A model generated the notes under the pieces. That model did not search any database. It worked only from the letters and a program-made list of their open reading frames with translations, and was not told where the DNA came from. Positions 46,918 through 57,386 of a stretch of 64,000 nucleotides of DNA are shown here, in pieces. Made by a program: the position numbers and the translations under genes. The stretch's first letter is position 1; each line of letters begins with the position of its first letter. The stretch comes from a virus (taxonomy: Duplodnaviria > Caudoviricetes): IMG/VR virus record IMGVR_UViG_3300011008_000028. One strand, 5' to 3'.

Positions 46918-49900
46918 TTGATATTTATGAAGATAGATAATTCTCGAAATGGAGCCATTATGAGTGGCAAGTGGTCCAAACCAGGATCAGGCTTTTATAA
47001 TGCATTGATAAAAGAAAACAATGCACTTGAGTTGATTGAAGAAGCATATCTGATACATGGAAAGATCGCTACCAAGTGGCATCCCACTCCACTCTCTAGA
47101 TCCGGGTGCAAATATCCTCATCATGCAATCAAGAATGGTAAGCTGGTTGTGTCGGCACCTGGTGTGAAGGCTGCATATGCCAGAGCTAAACAGATGGGCA
47201 TATATAAAGGTGATATTAAACGTCATCTTGATTATCATTTGAAAGAGCTGGGTCTGATGGATAAGAACGGTGTTCATTATGAAGAAGCCATGGAAGAAGG
47301 ATTCCGTTTCGTCGAATCTACCATAGATGGTGTATTGGGAACCCATCTTGTTGAAGAGGAAGACAAGCTGAATGGCATCAAGATTCCATTCACCGAGGCA
47401 GTGAACCTGGCGGATCCCACTGGCGAGAAGCAGCAGGAATGGTTAAAGAATCATCCTGCTGAACAACATGATCTTTCTGAATATATCGATGAATCAATCG
47501 AAGATATTGAGAATTGGATGAGTAATATAGTAACTGAAGGGTGGAATGCTGTAAATGAGTTCGATGATAAACACAGCCCTGCTGCATTCGAGAAGATATT
47601 CGAATCAACTGGATCTGAAACTCTACTTCCTAGTATACATACTCCATCCCAGTTATTATCATATATGAGCAATATCAACTATGGATGGATTAGTAAGAAT
47701 GGTGAAATGTATAAAGATGCAGATGATGGAGACTTCTTCAAAGATTACACATTACAGTCACCATTTGAACTTATCAAATCCAGGTATGGAGTATGCTGGG
47801 ATCAAGTTGAATTTGAACGTCAATGGTTTATTGATAATGACTATAACTTTCGGACGTACTTCCTAGTCATTGATGATAACGAGAATAAACCCTCCCACAC
47901 ATTCTTGATATATCAGGAGAATAACAAGGTGTACTGGTTTGAGAATGCATGGTATGATCAACGTGGTATCCATGTATTCAATTTATTGTCTGAAGCAATG
48001 CGTGAAATCATCGATAAATTTAACAAATTCAATCATAATAAAACTAACGATGTATATCTTTATAATCTCCCGAAGATGCCGACTGGAACCAGCTGTGAAG
48101 AATTCTACCGAATCGGAACCGATTCTAAGAATCTACTGAAGCATATTCAGATGTCGGAAGTGATCAAGGAAGCATGTGAAGATAGTGATATCGAGAAAAA
48201 GTGGTTTATCATATCTGATGATGGAGTTGATAACTGCTGCATCAAAGTCAAAGGGTATGATAAACCAATGAGGGGAAGATCATCCATGATTACTCTCAAA
48301 CTTGACTCAGATGAGGATAAGTGGTATGTGCTCTGTAAGAAGAATACAGACGACTATGGTGTACCCGGCGGCGGCTGGAATAAGGGAGAAACACCTGAAC
48401 ATGCTGCTGTTAGAGAGCTTCATGAAGAAACTCTTTCCAAAGTCAAAAACGTAAAGAGAATGGGTACCCTCATTGAATATCATGATACTGTAAAAGACTG
48501 GGTCAAGGAACATGTTCCAAACAATGATGAATGGTGGTATGGATACTACTCGGCCGTATTCGTAGGAATATATGACGGAGAGTTCAGAGGCAAAGTCAAG
48601 GCCGAAGATCGGGAATCCGGTTATATATGGAAGAAGGTGGATTCTAAACTCATGAAAGAATTTCCCAAAGAATATCAGGATGCAATCAATGATTATATCA
48701 ACAAAGAGCATCCATTCAAAGAATCAGTGTTTAATGAAAAATCTCACGGTGAATTGAAGTATTGCTATCGAGTTGGATTTGATATTAAAACCGGCGAAGA
48801 AGTATGTGTTCAATTCGAAATTCCTAAGGATGATAAAGAGTTTGTACAGGATGTGGGCGATCCGAAACTTACTCGAAACACATATAATGATTTAACTGGT
48901 CATGATATACCTGATCATCTATTGAAGAAGATTCATACTAATGCAGTCGACTCTGTCCGGAAGACTTTCAAAAAGTTAGGTCATATCGATTTTGTCACGA
49001 AGCCAGCGAAGGTTATATCAATCTTTACCCGAGATCATCGATCTTTGAATCATGTTGCGATGATAGGATTATTTAGCCAGAGAGTCATTGATATTCTGAA
49101 TAATTTTGTGCGAGATCCTAATTATGGCAAAAAGATTATTGATGAATATCGTAAGAAGACAGGCGATCCTACATCTCAGCCTCCTTCTGCAGAGGTTCTT
49201 TGTTCCCCTTTGATGAAGGCATATATGAAACGGGAACTAGCGTTGAACGCTTCTGGGACCGAAGAATACACTGTTAACCAGCTTGGCGGCGACGGCAAAC
49301 ACAAGACCACGAAACTTATATGGGATAGAGATGTATTTATGTCTTATAAATACACGAATGCCTTTAGAGGTTTCATGGGAGATCGTTCGGCAGGTCGTGG
49401 AGAAAACTCCAAAGACAAGCTTGATATGTTTACCAATAATCTCAATAATAAATATCATAAAACACCTGAAGAGAAAAATGCTTATAAGAGTACTATAGAA
49501 AGTGCAGTATTCGAAGAGTTCCTCAAAGATGCATCTATGTCAGATGGTATTCTCGATCTCTGCTCTATTATGGAGAGCATGGTATCTATTGAAGGTATTC
49601 ACCTTGGTGGGATTGAAATCACTGCTAATAACCCGAGCAACCCACACCGATTCATTTATCGTGAATCGTATATAGCAGATCCCATAGATCTCGAGAAGAT
49701 GTTCTTCGAGACCGGAACCAACTTCCGGAATTTTCTGATCACAGAAAATTCTAATCTGTTCACAGAAGCTGAAAATGATCCTCCTCCTGTAGATGATACA
49801 GAACAGCAGAAACCTACTTCAGATGAAGAGCAGTCTGCTGAGGAGGATCTTTCCAATAAAGGAGATGAAGAAGATGGAATGGTTGATGGAACCAATACCG

Positions 49901-50574
49901 GAGGAACTCAGACCGTTAGCGATAACTCTAGTGATGATATTGGTGATAATTCTGATAACATTCCCACTGTGGAGCCTGATCCTGGCAGCGATTCTGGTGA
50001 AGATGGAGGATCACAAGAACCGCAAACTCCAGAAGAAGAACCACCGGTAATCAAAACTCCAATCTCCAGACCAAAACAATTCGCCTCCCAGGAAAAGGAT
50101 AAGAACGGCGTAAGACGTAAGAACCTATACATTGAATTCATTAGATGGGCTAAAGATTACAATAGCAAGAACATCTTCGGATCCAACTTTGATAAAGACA
50201 TATTCAATGGATCATACCCGTTCGTGCCTGAGGAAATGAGATACTTCTATCGATTGGCTGATCCCACCCTATGTATCCTTTCTGGTGGTTTAACCTTCTT
50301 CCCCGTAATCCAGCTGCGAAAACTGAATTCAGAAAATAAACATCTGGATCAGTATATGATCTTCGCTGCAACGGATAATGATCTTCGTCTATTCAATCGG
50401 GAAGATGGTAGGGTATATCTGGCAACCGTTCAAAATGGTGAGATTACATTAGCAAAGCCATTGGCAAACACATTCGATACATATATTCAGATCATGATTG
50501 ACAAGGGAGATATCCTGAACGGACCGAGAGAGGATACAACTCTCGAATATGTAGAGGATATAGATAGTATCTAA
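46918..50574 (+). CDS. Multidomain putative virion protein (transglutaminase-like, NUDIX, shared module, SMI1/KNR4-like C-terminus)
   Basis: GVCWDQ...HTFL...WFE; NUDIX box GGWNKGETPEHAAVRELHEET; LKYCYRVGFD module shared with 30835..33933. Confidence 0.75.
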   Translation: MIFMKIDNSRNGAIMSGKWSKPGSGFYNALIKENNALELIEEAYLIHGKIATKWHPTPLSRSGCKYPHHAIKNGKLVVSAPGVKAAYARAKQMGIYKGDIKRHLDYHLKELGLMDKNGVHYEEAMEEGFRFVESTIDGVLGTHLVEEEDKLNGIKIPFTEAVNLADPTGEKQQEWLKNHPAEQHDLSEYIDESIEDIENWMSNIVTEGWNAVNEFDDKHSPAAFEKIFESTGSETLLPSIHTPSQLLSYMSNINYGWISKNGEMYKDADDGDFFKDYTLQSPFELIKSRYGVCWDQVEFERQWFIDNDYNFRTYFLVIDDNENKPSHTFLIYQENNKVYWFENAWYDQRGIHVFNLLSEAMREIIDKFNKFNHNKTNDVYLYNLPKMPTGTSCEEFYRIGTDSKNLLKHIQMSEVIKEACEDSDIEKKWFIISDDGVDNCCIKVKGYDKPMRGRSSMITLKLDSDEDKWYVLCKKNTDDYGVPGGGWNKGETPEHAAVRELHEETLSKVKNVKRMGTLIEYHDTVKDWVKEHVPNNDEWWYGYYSAVFVGIYDGEFRGKVKAEDRESGYIWKKVDSKLMKEFPKEYQDAINDYINKEHPFKESVFNEKSHGELKYCYRVGFDIKTGEEVCVQFEIPKDDKEFVQDVGDPKLTRNTYNDLTGHDIPDHLLKKIHTNAVDSVRKTFKKLGHIDFVTKPAKVISIFTRDHRSLNHVAMIGLFSQRVIDILNNFVRDPNYGKKIIDEYRKKTGDPTSQPPSAEVLCSPLMKAYMKRELALNASGTEEYTVNQLGGDGKHKTTKLIWDRDVFMSYKYTNAFRGFMGDRSAGRGENSKDKLDMFTNNLNNKYHKTPEEKNAYKSTIESAVFEEFLKDASMSDGILDLCSIMESMVSIEGIHLGGIEITANNPSNPHRFIYRESYIADPIDLEKMFFETGTNFRNFLITENSNLFTEAENDPPPVDDTEQQKPTSDEEQSAEEDLSNKGDEEDGMVDGTNTGGTQTVSDNSSDDIGDNSDNIPTVEPDPGSDSGEDGGSQEPQTPEEEPPVIKTPISRPKQFASQEKDKNGVRRKNLYIEFIRWAKDYNSKNIFGSNFDKDIFNGSYPFVPEEMRYFYRLADPTLCILSGGLTFFPVIQLRKLNSENKHLDQYMIFAATDNDLRLFNREDGRVYLATVQNGEITLAKPLANTFDTYIQIMIDKGDILNGPREDTTLEYVEDIDSI

Positions 50575-50629
50575 AATCTGGGTAAATATATATTCTTCTA
50601 TAGAATATAAGGAATGGAGGAACTTGCCA

Positions 50630-50695
50630 ATGGGACCTGAAACAGGTAACAGAGATATGAATGACACAGACGTGGTCATTCAAGACGAGGAATGA
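50630..50695 (+). CDS. Putative 21-aa acidic microprotein
   Basis: TATATTCT motif, GGAGG SD, MGPETGNRDMNDTDVVIQDEE*, followed directly by a hairpin. Confidence 0.4.
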   Translation: MGPETGNRDMNDTDVVIQDEE

Positions 50696-50737
50696 AATAT
50701 ACGACCCCGGGAATCCCGGGGTCGTATATTTTTTGTA

Positions 50738-52993
50738 TTATCGAGTAATTGTACCGGCGATTGGTACCCAACCAGGTTTCCGATATCCGTAACCGAATGC
50801 AGGATCACTCTTAGTTGCACTATTGTAAACGAACTGCACACCTGTTGCGACATTGATATACAACACATTTTCTGTGATGTCAATGATTTCAACTTTTGAT
50901 GTTACAGGGTTTACCCACTGAGACGTGAACCGTCTGTTCTCGGCAGGATCAATCTGATCCTTGTGAATGTACAACATTGATGCTGCATTTGGATTGTTTG
51001 TAACAACACCGTCTGAATTTCTTCTCATGAAGTCGAAGAAGATGTCCAGCATGAACTTGTAATAGTTATTGAAATTATTGGTGTCGGTATTGCTGAATAG
51101 GAGAGCCTTAATATCGCACGGCCTTTCAAGACCCATCGGCCCTTGATCAACCCATTTGCCTGTGAACACCTGTACTCCATCTACGATTTCATATGATGGA
51201 TTCTGTGTATTGATTACATATCTGAATAGGTGGACTTGCACACCTGCTGTTGCATTTCCACCGTGTTCATACAGAGATGTTGTAGATATGGTTGAATCGG
51301 TTTCAGGGCCACCCTTACCCGAGTTGATTCCGGAATATGCAGGGCCTGCTGCAGTGGACCTTACACCTACAAGGCCACCTTGCGTATCAGGAAGATTCAC
51401 ATCCGACCAAGGTGTTGAGTTATCTGACCTAACTGTAGGTGTGATATCTACATACGCATACAGATTATTTTTGATCTGGGATGCCGTGCAGACGATCTCC
51501 GGAGTAGCGTTGATTGCCAGCTTTGCTCCTCTTCCCACAGACGTGGTGTTTATGAATTCAACACCTACTCCATGTGTGGAAGGATCTTGGTCATACACAT
51601 TCTCTTCAGAAGGAACGAATACTCCTCGTTGAATATCACCAACGGCTCCTACACTTGTTACTTTGAATACGAATGAGTCATCACCGAATGACCATCTTAG
51701 AATATCTCCAACACGGTATTCTCTGCCGGCAGATACAATATCGATTGAAATCCCAGTCACAGGGTATTTGATGTCAATTCGGTTATATCTCCACTGGTAC
51801 AGCTGAGAACGGTCAAATGTATTCAATGACCCATATGATACCGGCTCAATGCCTTGAACAGCCAATTCCATGTTTGTTGGATTCATCGGTTCTGCCAAAT
51901 ATGAATCAGGATATACTTCCCGATTGTACCAGTTCGAACTCCAACGTCCATCCATGATGTAGTAATTCACAGGACGTCTTGCACCTGGGTTCTTGGCATT
52001 GGTTCGTGGAACCTGTTTCTGACGCAGCAAATCTACCTTTTCCAGTTCCTCTAAAGATCTGAATATCCCTGGAAGGTATCCATCTGCATGTGTTAGTCCA
52101 GAGAATGAACTTCCTACGTTATATGAAGAGATTGTATCACCTTTGCGGTCATTCATTGGATCGGCTTGGGTATTCTTCTTGATCATTCCGTCTCCCTCAC
52201 CATATCCATCAATGCCATTTAAACCAACCCTGATATTGGCTACATAATTTCCTTCGATATCTTTAGAGATCTCAGGATACAAGAATGTACGGTCATCAAG
52301 GTTATCGACAACATATCTATTCGAATGGGTAAAGTTGTTATCCGAATGATGGTAATCAGGATCAGATACATAGTCCAGATCATTGATAAGCTGTGTAGTT
52401 CTTGTAGGAATATCACCGATTCGAGCAACGGTTCTTTCCGGAAGTCGGGTATCTGCACTTCTGGATTCATTATTTACATATACCGGATCATCATTCGTAA
52501 ATGCATAGATACGCCCGTCTACAGGGTCGAACAGCATTGCCGCACTACGTTCGGTAGTATCATTTGTCATTTCCCCAGATGAATTCAGTCCATATCCATG
52601 TATATCAGGAATGGTTGCCGTTGTACCGATTACAACACGATTTACGATTGTTTTCATAGATGATTCCGATATCGCCTTGTCCCATTTAGTCCAGCTGTGT
52701 GGAATTCCGAATAGACCGGAATCGATGTTTACTCCAGCATAGCCCGGAATTGCTCCATTGTCTGGGAATGTACGGATCTCCATACGCTGGTAGTATCCAC
52801 CATTATGGATTTGAGAAGTGTATCTGAATAGTCTTTCTGAATCATAGTAATCGCTATCTTTATTTACTTTGAGATGCCATGTCAATCTTTCCTGTCGCAG
52901 AAGCTGTCTTAATCCGTCTGGGTTAAGATAGCGCAGGATTTCTCGAGGAGTTACATTTAACTCCTCGCCAGATGGCAGAATTGTGTTAGACAT
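50738..52993 (-). CDS. Hypothetical, probably tail/baseplate-associated protein
   Basis: 751-aa ORF, beta-rich, with SD. Confidence 0.7.
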   Translation of the reverse strand: MSNTILPSGEELNVTPREILRYLNPDGLRQLLRQERLTWHLKVNKDSDYYDSERLFRYTSQIHNGGYYQRMEIRTFPDNGAIPGYAGVNIDSGLFGIPHSWTKWDKAISESSMKTIVNRVVIGTTATIPDIHGYGLNSSGEMTNDTTERSAAMLFDPVDGRIYAFTNDDPVYVNNESRSADTRLPERTVARIGDIPTRTTQLINDLDYVSDPDYHHSDNNFTHSNRYVVDNLDDRTFLYPEISKDIEGNYVANIRVGLNGIDGYGEGDGMIKKNTQADPMNDRKGDTISSYNVGSSFSGLTHADGYLPGIFRSLEELEKVDLLRQKQVPRTNAKNPGARRPVNYYIMDGRWSSNWYNREVYPDSYLAEPMNPTNMELAVQGIEPVSYGSLNTFDRSQLYQWRYNRIDIKYPVTGISIDIVSAGREYRVGDILRWSFGDDSFVFKVTSVGAVGDIQRGVFVPSEENVYDQDPSTHGVGVEFINTTSVGRGAKLAINATPEIVCTASQIKNNLYAYVDITPTVRSDNSTPWSDVNLPDTQGGLVGVRSTAAGPAYSGINSGKGGPETDSTISTTSLYEHGGNATAGVQVHLFRYVINTQNPSYEIVDGVQVFTGKWVDQGPMGLERPCDIKALLFSNTDTNNFNNYYKFMLDIFFDFMRRNSDGVVTNNPNAASMLYIHKDQIDPAENRRFTSQWVNPVTSKVEIIDITENVLYINVATGVQFVYNSATKSDPAFGYGYRKPGWVPIAGTITR

Positions 52994-53092
52994 TTTAACC
53001 CCACCTTTTTATTGATATATTTTACCTGTGAATGGTACGATTATAAAAGCAGTTGAGTCGTACTGTTTATTATCATTATCCAGAAAGGAAGT

Positions 53093-53830
53093 ATGAATAT
53101 GCAAATTAATTTACCTGATTTATTGAAACGACCATTGTTCATTGTATTCGAAGGTGTAGATGGAATTGGAAAGTCGACACAGGTAGAGTTGCTGAAGAAA
53201 CATCTCGAAGAAGAGGGTTTTAATGTAAGTACAACAGCAGAAGCCAAGGGAACACCATTGGCTGATGTAATCCGTGCTGAATATCTCTCAGGCAAACGGG
53301 ACGTTAATAACCTAACCAATGCGTTTTCATTCAGTGCAGATCGCTATGATCGCTTCACTAACACGAACGGTGGTGTTATTCAGAGACTCAAATCTGGCCA
53401 GTCGGTGATTGCTGACAGATGGATTCATTCGTCAATGGTATACTCAGCAATCCAATATACGGATTATAAGGAGATAACGTCCTGCATGCAGTTAATGAAG
53501 GACGTGAATATGCCGCTTGCGGATAGAGTTATGGATGTGGCATATCTGCTCGAATTCCATCTCAGTACAACTGAGATATCTGAATTGGTCAATAGAATCA
53601 ATGAAAGATCTGATAAACCTCAAGAGATTTACGAATCACGAGATCAAATATTAAAACAAGAGTCGCTATACAATCATGCCATAAGAGTATGGACACAAAA
53701 CCGTATTTACGTGAAAGTATCTGTCAATGAATCTGCTGAAGAGGTTCATAACAAGATATGGGATTATCTTACAAAACGAATACTTCATATAGCCACAATC
53801 GATTATGAAGATAATCATGTTATAGTATGA
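53093..53830 (+). CDS. tmk: Thymidylate kinase
   Basis: FIVFEGVDGIGKSTQ P-loop, ADR, VIADRW..SS. Confidence 0.88.
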   Translation: MNMQINLPDLLKRPLFIVFEGVDGIGKSTQVELLKKHLEEEGFNVSTTAEAKGTPLADVIRAEYLSGKRDVNNLTNAFSFSADRYDRFTNTNGGVIQRLKSGQSVIADRWIHSSMVYSAIQYTDYKEITSCMQLMKDVNMPLADRVMDVAYLLEFHLSTTEISELVNRINERSDKPQEIYESRDQILKQESLYNHAIRVWTQNRIYVKVSVNESAEEVHNKIWDYLTKRILHIATIDYEDNHVIV

Positions 53831-54852
53831 AAGGAAATACAATTATGAATATCATCAATCAATCAGTGAAGCTAATCGAAAAACCGGAATTTGCAGATCG
53901 TATGAGTGTACTTAAGTACATCGAGAAGATCGGTCGTGTATGTTACAAGTCCGAGGACAAGATCACAGATGAGTCCTGTGTGAAATTCGTCAAGATGCTC
54001 CGTGACAGGAAGCACTGGGCAATGCTGGAACATTTCATATTCACTTTCGATGTTCCGGAAGCAGCGTTCGAACTATATCGATATGCGTTATCTACGATCA
54101 ATGATGCGAATTTACAGAAGTTCTCCAGATACATAAACACATCAAAGTATTTGGATCCGGACAGCGGAATGCATTTCTTAATATCTGCGTCGGCTACCGC
54201 ACTTAACAATATGCTGCATATCCCAGGGGTGAGCATTGCAGTGATCAATGCTCTGGCAAAGAGATTGTGGGAAGAGATCCCGGAACTTATTCTTCCTAAT
54301 GAAGATCCTGCCAGACGGGCTGACTTCGATAATGCAGATACATCTGGGTTTGTAATAATGCAGCCACATAACGTGTCAAAATTGCCGTTGAATATCCGTA
54401 TTCAGCACGACTGGTTCACGGCATTCTTTATCACAAATAGAGGGGTAACCCACGAGATAGTGAGACATCGTCCCTACTCTTTCGCACAAGAGAGTACACG
54501 CTATGTGAAATACGGTGATATGACTGTAATCAAGCCTCTGATCAATTCATCTACTACAGCAGATGAAGTTGAACTTCAGAAGTATGCAACATGGATACAT
54601 GCAATGGAAACGGCCGAACAGTCATATGCCAAACTTATCGATCTTGGAGCTAAGCCCCAGGAAGCAAGAGGCGTTCTTCCGAATGATGTCAAGACGGAAA
54701 TCAACATGACAGGACGTCTTGAATCATGGCCTCATTTCTTCAATATGAGATGTGACAAAGCTGCTCATCCCCAGATGAGGGAAGTTGCTTTATCCCTGTA
54801 TGATCAAGTCCATGCGGCAATGCCTGAAATATTCCCTGAGAAGGAGTGGTAA
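53827..54852 (+). CDS. thyX: FAD-dependent thymidylate synthase
   Basis: HWAMLEH, THEIVRHR..SFAQESTRY, EARGVLP, R...AHPQMR. Confidence 0.93.
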   Translation: MKGNTIMNIINQSVKLIEKPEFADRMSVLKYIEKIGRVCYKSEDKITDESCVKFVKMLRDRKHWAMLEHFIFTFDVPEAAFELYRYALSTINDANLQKFSRYINTSKYLDPDSGMHFLISASATALNNMLHIPGVSIAVINALAKRLWEEIPELILPNEDPARRADFDNADTSGFVIMQPHNVSKLPLNIRIQHDWFTAFFITNRGVTHEIVRHRPYSFAQESTRYVKYGDMTVIKPLINSSTTADEVELQKYATWIHAMETAEQSYAKLIDLGAKPQEARGVLPNDVKTEINMTGRLESWPHFFNMRCDKAAHPQMREVALSLYDQVHAAMPEIFPEKEW

Positions 54853-55207
54853 TATGTACGAAGCTAAAGAACACGAGAAGCTTTTCGGTGTTCGTCCTAT
54901 CGGAGTGAAGTTCATATGCCCATTCTGTAATGAGGGTGAGATGAAGTCTGATCTTGACAACCCAGAACGTATGCCTCATATGTTCCCTCACAAGTGTACA
55001 AAGTGTGCTAAGACAATGCAACTCAACAAGGTATACCCATATATTGAATGGGATGAAATCACCGAAGAAGAGACTAAGAATGATTTCGTTGATGCACTGA
55101 ATGAGGTAATGGGAAAGTTCAATACGTTAATGGAACAGAAGGAGGCCAATCATGATACACATGACGCAACCGGAATTCATATGGAAGATGAAGTCGAAGG
55201 GGATTGA
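54853..55207 (+). CDS. Zinc-ribbon protein
   Basis: CPFC...CTKC; the start is MYEAKE after AAGGAG. Confidence 0.7.
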
Positions 55208-55460
55208 TGTCGTTCAACGTACCGATACAGTTGTTCAGGCAGTACTTGCACCAGATGTGTTATTGGAGCATTATACAACATATGCTCTAGGAACTCTGGT
55301 TCCAGGAAGTAAAACAATGATAACACTCATACTTGGGGAACTTGGTACGGAAACAGAAGTTGACTACCCTGTTGACAACGATCTCAAGCAGATTGATTCC
55401 ATATTGAAGATTCATGAATCCAACGGTACGGTGGATGACTATCGTAAATTATTCTATTAA
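55152..55460 (+). CDS. Hypothetical protein
   Basis: 102-aa ORF with AAGGAGG SD. Confidence 0.65.
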   Translation: MIHMTQPEFIWKMKSKGIDVVQRTDTVVQAVLAPDVLLEHYTTYALGTLVPGSKTMITLILGELGTETEVDYPVDNDLKQIDSILKIHESNGTVDDYRKLFY

Positions 55461-55498
55461 ACAATGCACCCAGGTTGAACCTGGGTGCATTTCTTTTG

Positions 55499-57307
55499 TT
55501 ATCCTGAGTATGTTGAAACTTGTATGAGGTCTCTGATACGATCTGCCATTCCATCTGCCAGGTCATTGGCCATCTCGGAGTTCTCCAGATCCTGCTCGAT
55601 GAAGTTACCCTTTTCATCTGTCTTGATACCCATGTATGTTTGCAATGCATTAAATGATTGCTCACGTTGTTTGGTATATGTATCCATGCTGGGAACAAGC
55701 CCTGACAGATTTGCCATGTAATCATTCAATGTTTCATTAAACATGAATGATGCAGGGTCTGATGCAGGAGATATGCTCATAGCATTGTAAAGCTCCGTAA
55801 TTGTAAACTTTACTTGGACATCCAATGGGAATCCATGTACGGATATTCTGTTACCGTTTGGATTTTTAATGATATCCATATTGGTTATCATTCCAAGTTG
55901 ACATGTACAAGTTCCAGGTATGAAGGCCTGTACGAGGAATGGGGAGGTAAGGCTGTTTGCAGATACCATTCTCGGTGCAGTTAATGCAATGAGATGCATA
56001 AGTGGCACTATGATATGTAGATAGTAATTATACACATCCCCATATGGGGTGGATAAGTTCACAGTGAAGTTGTAGTCCATCTTGGAGTTAGATGATTTAT
56101 ATATTTTTGGATATATCATCTTTTGACCTTTAAGAGAGTTCAGTGCTCCATTGAACATGTTATGGACGAAACCGCCTGTAGCCGGTTCAACCAAACCTGC
56201 AACGAAGTCTGTTACGCCTGTAGCTGCATTTCCCAAGAATGAAGCCATATCATCAATCAATCCCGTATCAACATTGGAGCCGGTCATGAATGCAATCTCT
56301 TGACCAAGGCCCTGATTGATTCCATCGAGAGTTGCTTCAATCTGAGAATCGGCAACTTCATTTGTTAAGTTCTCGGAGAAAGAGCCGGGTTCGACCATGA
56401 ACATTACGGCAGTTACTTGTTTATCGAGCACGCCTTTAATCGTTTTTCTTGTAACGGCATCACCTATATTTGAGATTGCTTGTTCAGCGCTGTCTAAGAA
56501 ATTAGCCGTGTTCTCCCCCATTATTGATTCCAAATCTCCATCTCCTCCTCCCAGGCCTAATGCACCTGCAATGGCAAGAGCAGTATTCTTGACAGCAGTG
56601 TCAATTCCCCCGCCCAGTATCGTTCCAATTGCAGATGCAGTTGATCCAAGAAGAGTAGAATCAGACATGTCTTTTAATTCCTCTAGGGCATTCTGAGGAT
56701 TTACGTTATTCAACATTCGGTAATTTTCCCATTTGAATTGTTTGAATTCTTCCAACTCTGTAGTGCTAGCATTTGATACTGCTCCTGCAGGGAAATCTTT
56801 ACCAGATGTAAGAGTTAGGAAGCATGCCATACTTCTGCACATATAGTTGACATGCGACATATACTTCTTAAATTCGGATTTGAATCCAAACATTCTGCGT
56901 TGCAGCTTCTTACCTGCTGAAAAGAAGGTGTCTTTCATCAACTGGGTTACGGTACTATCTGCGCTTCCACCGTCCGAAGCATCACTTACGATAGTACGAA
57001 TCAAATCTGCGAAATCTTCTTCCTTACCCATGTACTTTGGAAGGCCAGGTTTAATATGAAGAATCGGGCTGTTAAGCATAATATTCTTAAGATACTGATT
57101 CCCTAGATTCGGGTTTATTTTTCCAATTCGTTTGTCAACGGAATTCATCAATTGGAACGGAGCACCAAACAGTCGGTTTGTGTAGTTTTCCAGGAATGAT
57201 TGGCTCTCATGCAAACCGGCGCCTGTATCTATATTCTGACCATGGATAGGTTCAAGTGAAGTATACTCATTGAGTAGTACTTGTTCCATATCTGCCATTA
57301 TTATCAA
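55499..57307 (-). CDS. Putative baseplate/tail-hub structural protein
   Basis: 602 aa with a YPKIY.SS...YNFTVNL...SPFLV...GMITNM.I...P.DVQVKFTI.EL tube-initiator-like pattern. Confidence 0.6.
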   Translation of the reverse strand: MIIMADMEQVLLNEYTSLEPIHGQNIDTGAGLHESQSFLENYTNRLFGAPFQLMNSVDKRIGKINPNLGNQYLKNIMLNSPILHIKPGLPKYMGKEEDFADLIRTIVSDASDGGSADSTVTQLMKDTFFSAGKKLQRRMFGFKSEFKKYMSHVNYMCRSMACFLTLTSGKDFPAGAVSNASTTELEEFKQFKWENYRMLNNVNPQNALEELKDMSDSTLLGSTASAIGTILGGGIDTAVKNTALAIAGALGLGGGDGDLESIMGENTANFLDSAEQAISNIGDAVTRKTIKGVLDKQVTAVMFMVEPGSFSENLTNEVADSQIEATLDGINQGLGQEIAFMTGSNVDTGLIDDMASFLGNAATGVTDFVAGLVEPATGGFVHNMFNGALNSLKGQKMIYPKIYKSSNSKMDYNFTVNLSTPYGDVYNYYLHIIVPLMHLIALTAPRMVSANSLTSPFLVQAFIPGTCTCQLGMITNMDIIKNPNGNRISVHGFPLDVQVKFTITELYNAMSISPASDPASFMFNETLNDYMANLSGLVPSMDTYTKQREQSFNALQTYMGIKTDEKGNFIEQDLENSEMANDLADGMADRIRDLIQVSTYSG

Positions 57308-57386
57308 CTCCCTTGTCGAAATTAACTATCTAGTTATCTGGGCGGTACGAATGAAGACACCCGGGATTTCCCGGGTGTCTTCATGG

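Noticed and set aside
53093-54852. Uracil-DNA genome as in PBS1/AR9
   Set aside because: ThyX plus Tmk point to dTTP synthesis, and nothing in the window supports dU DNA, although it cannot be excluded from sequence alone.
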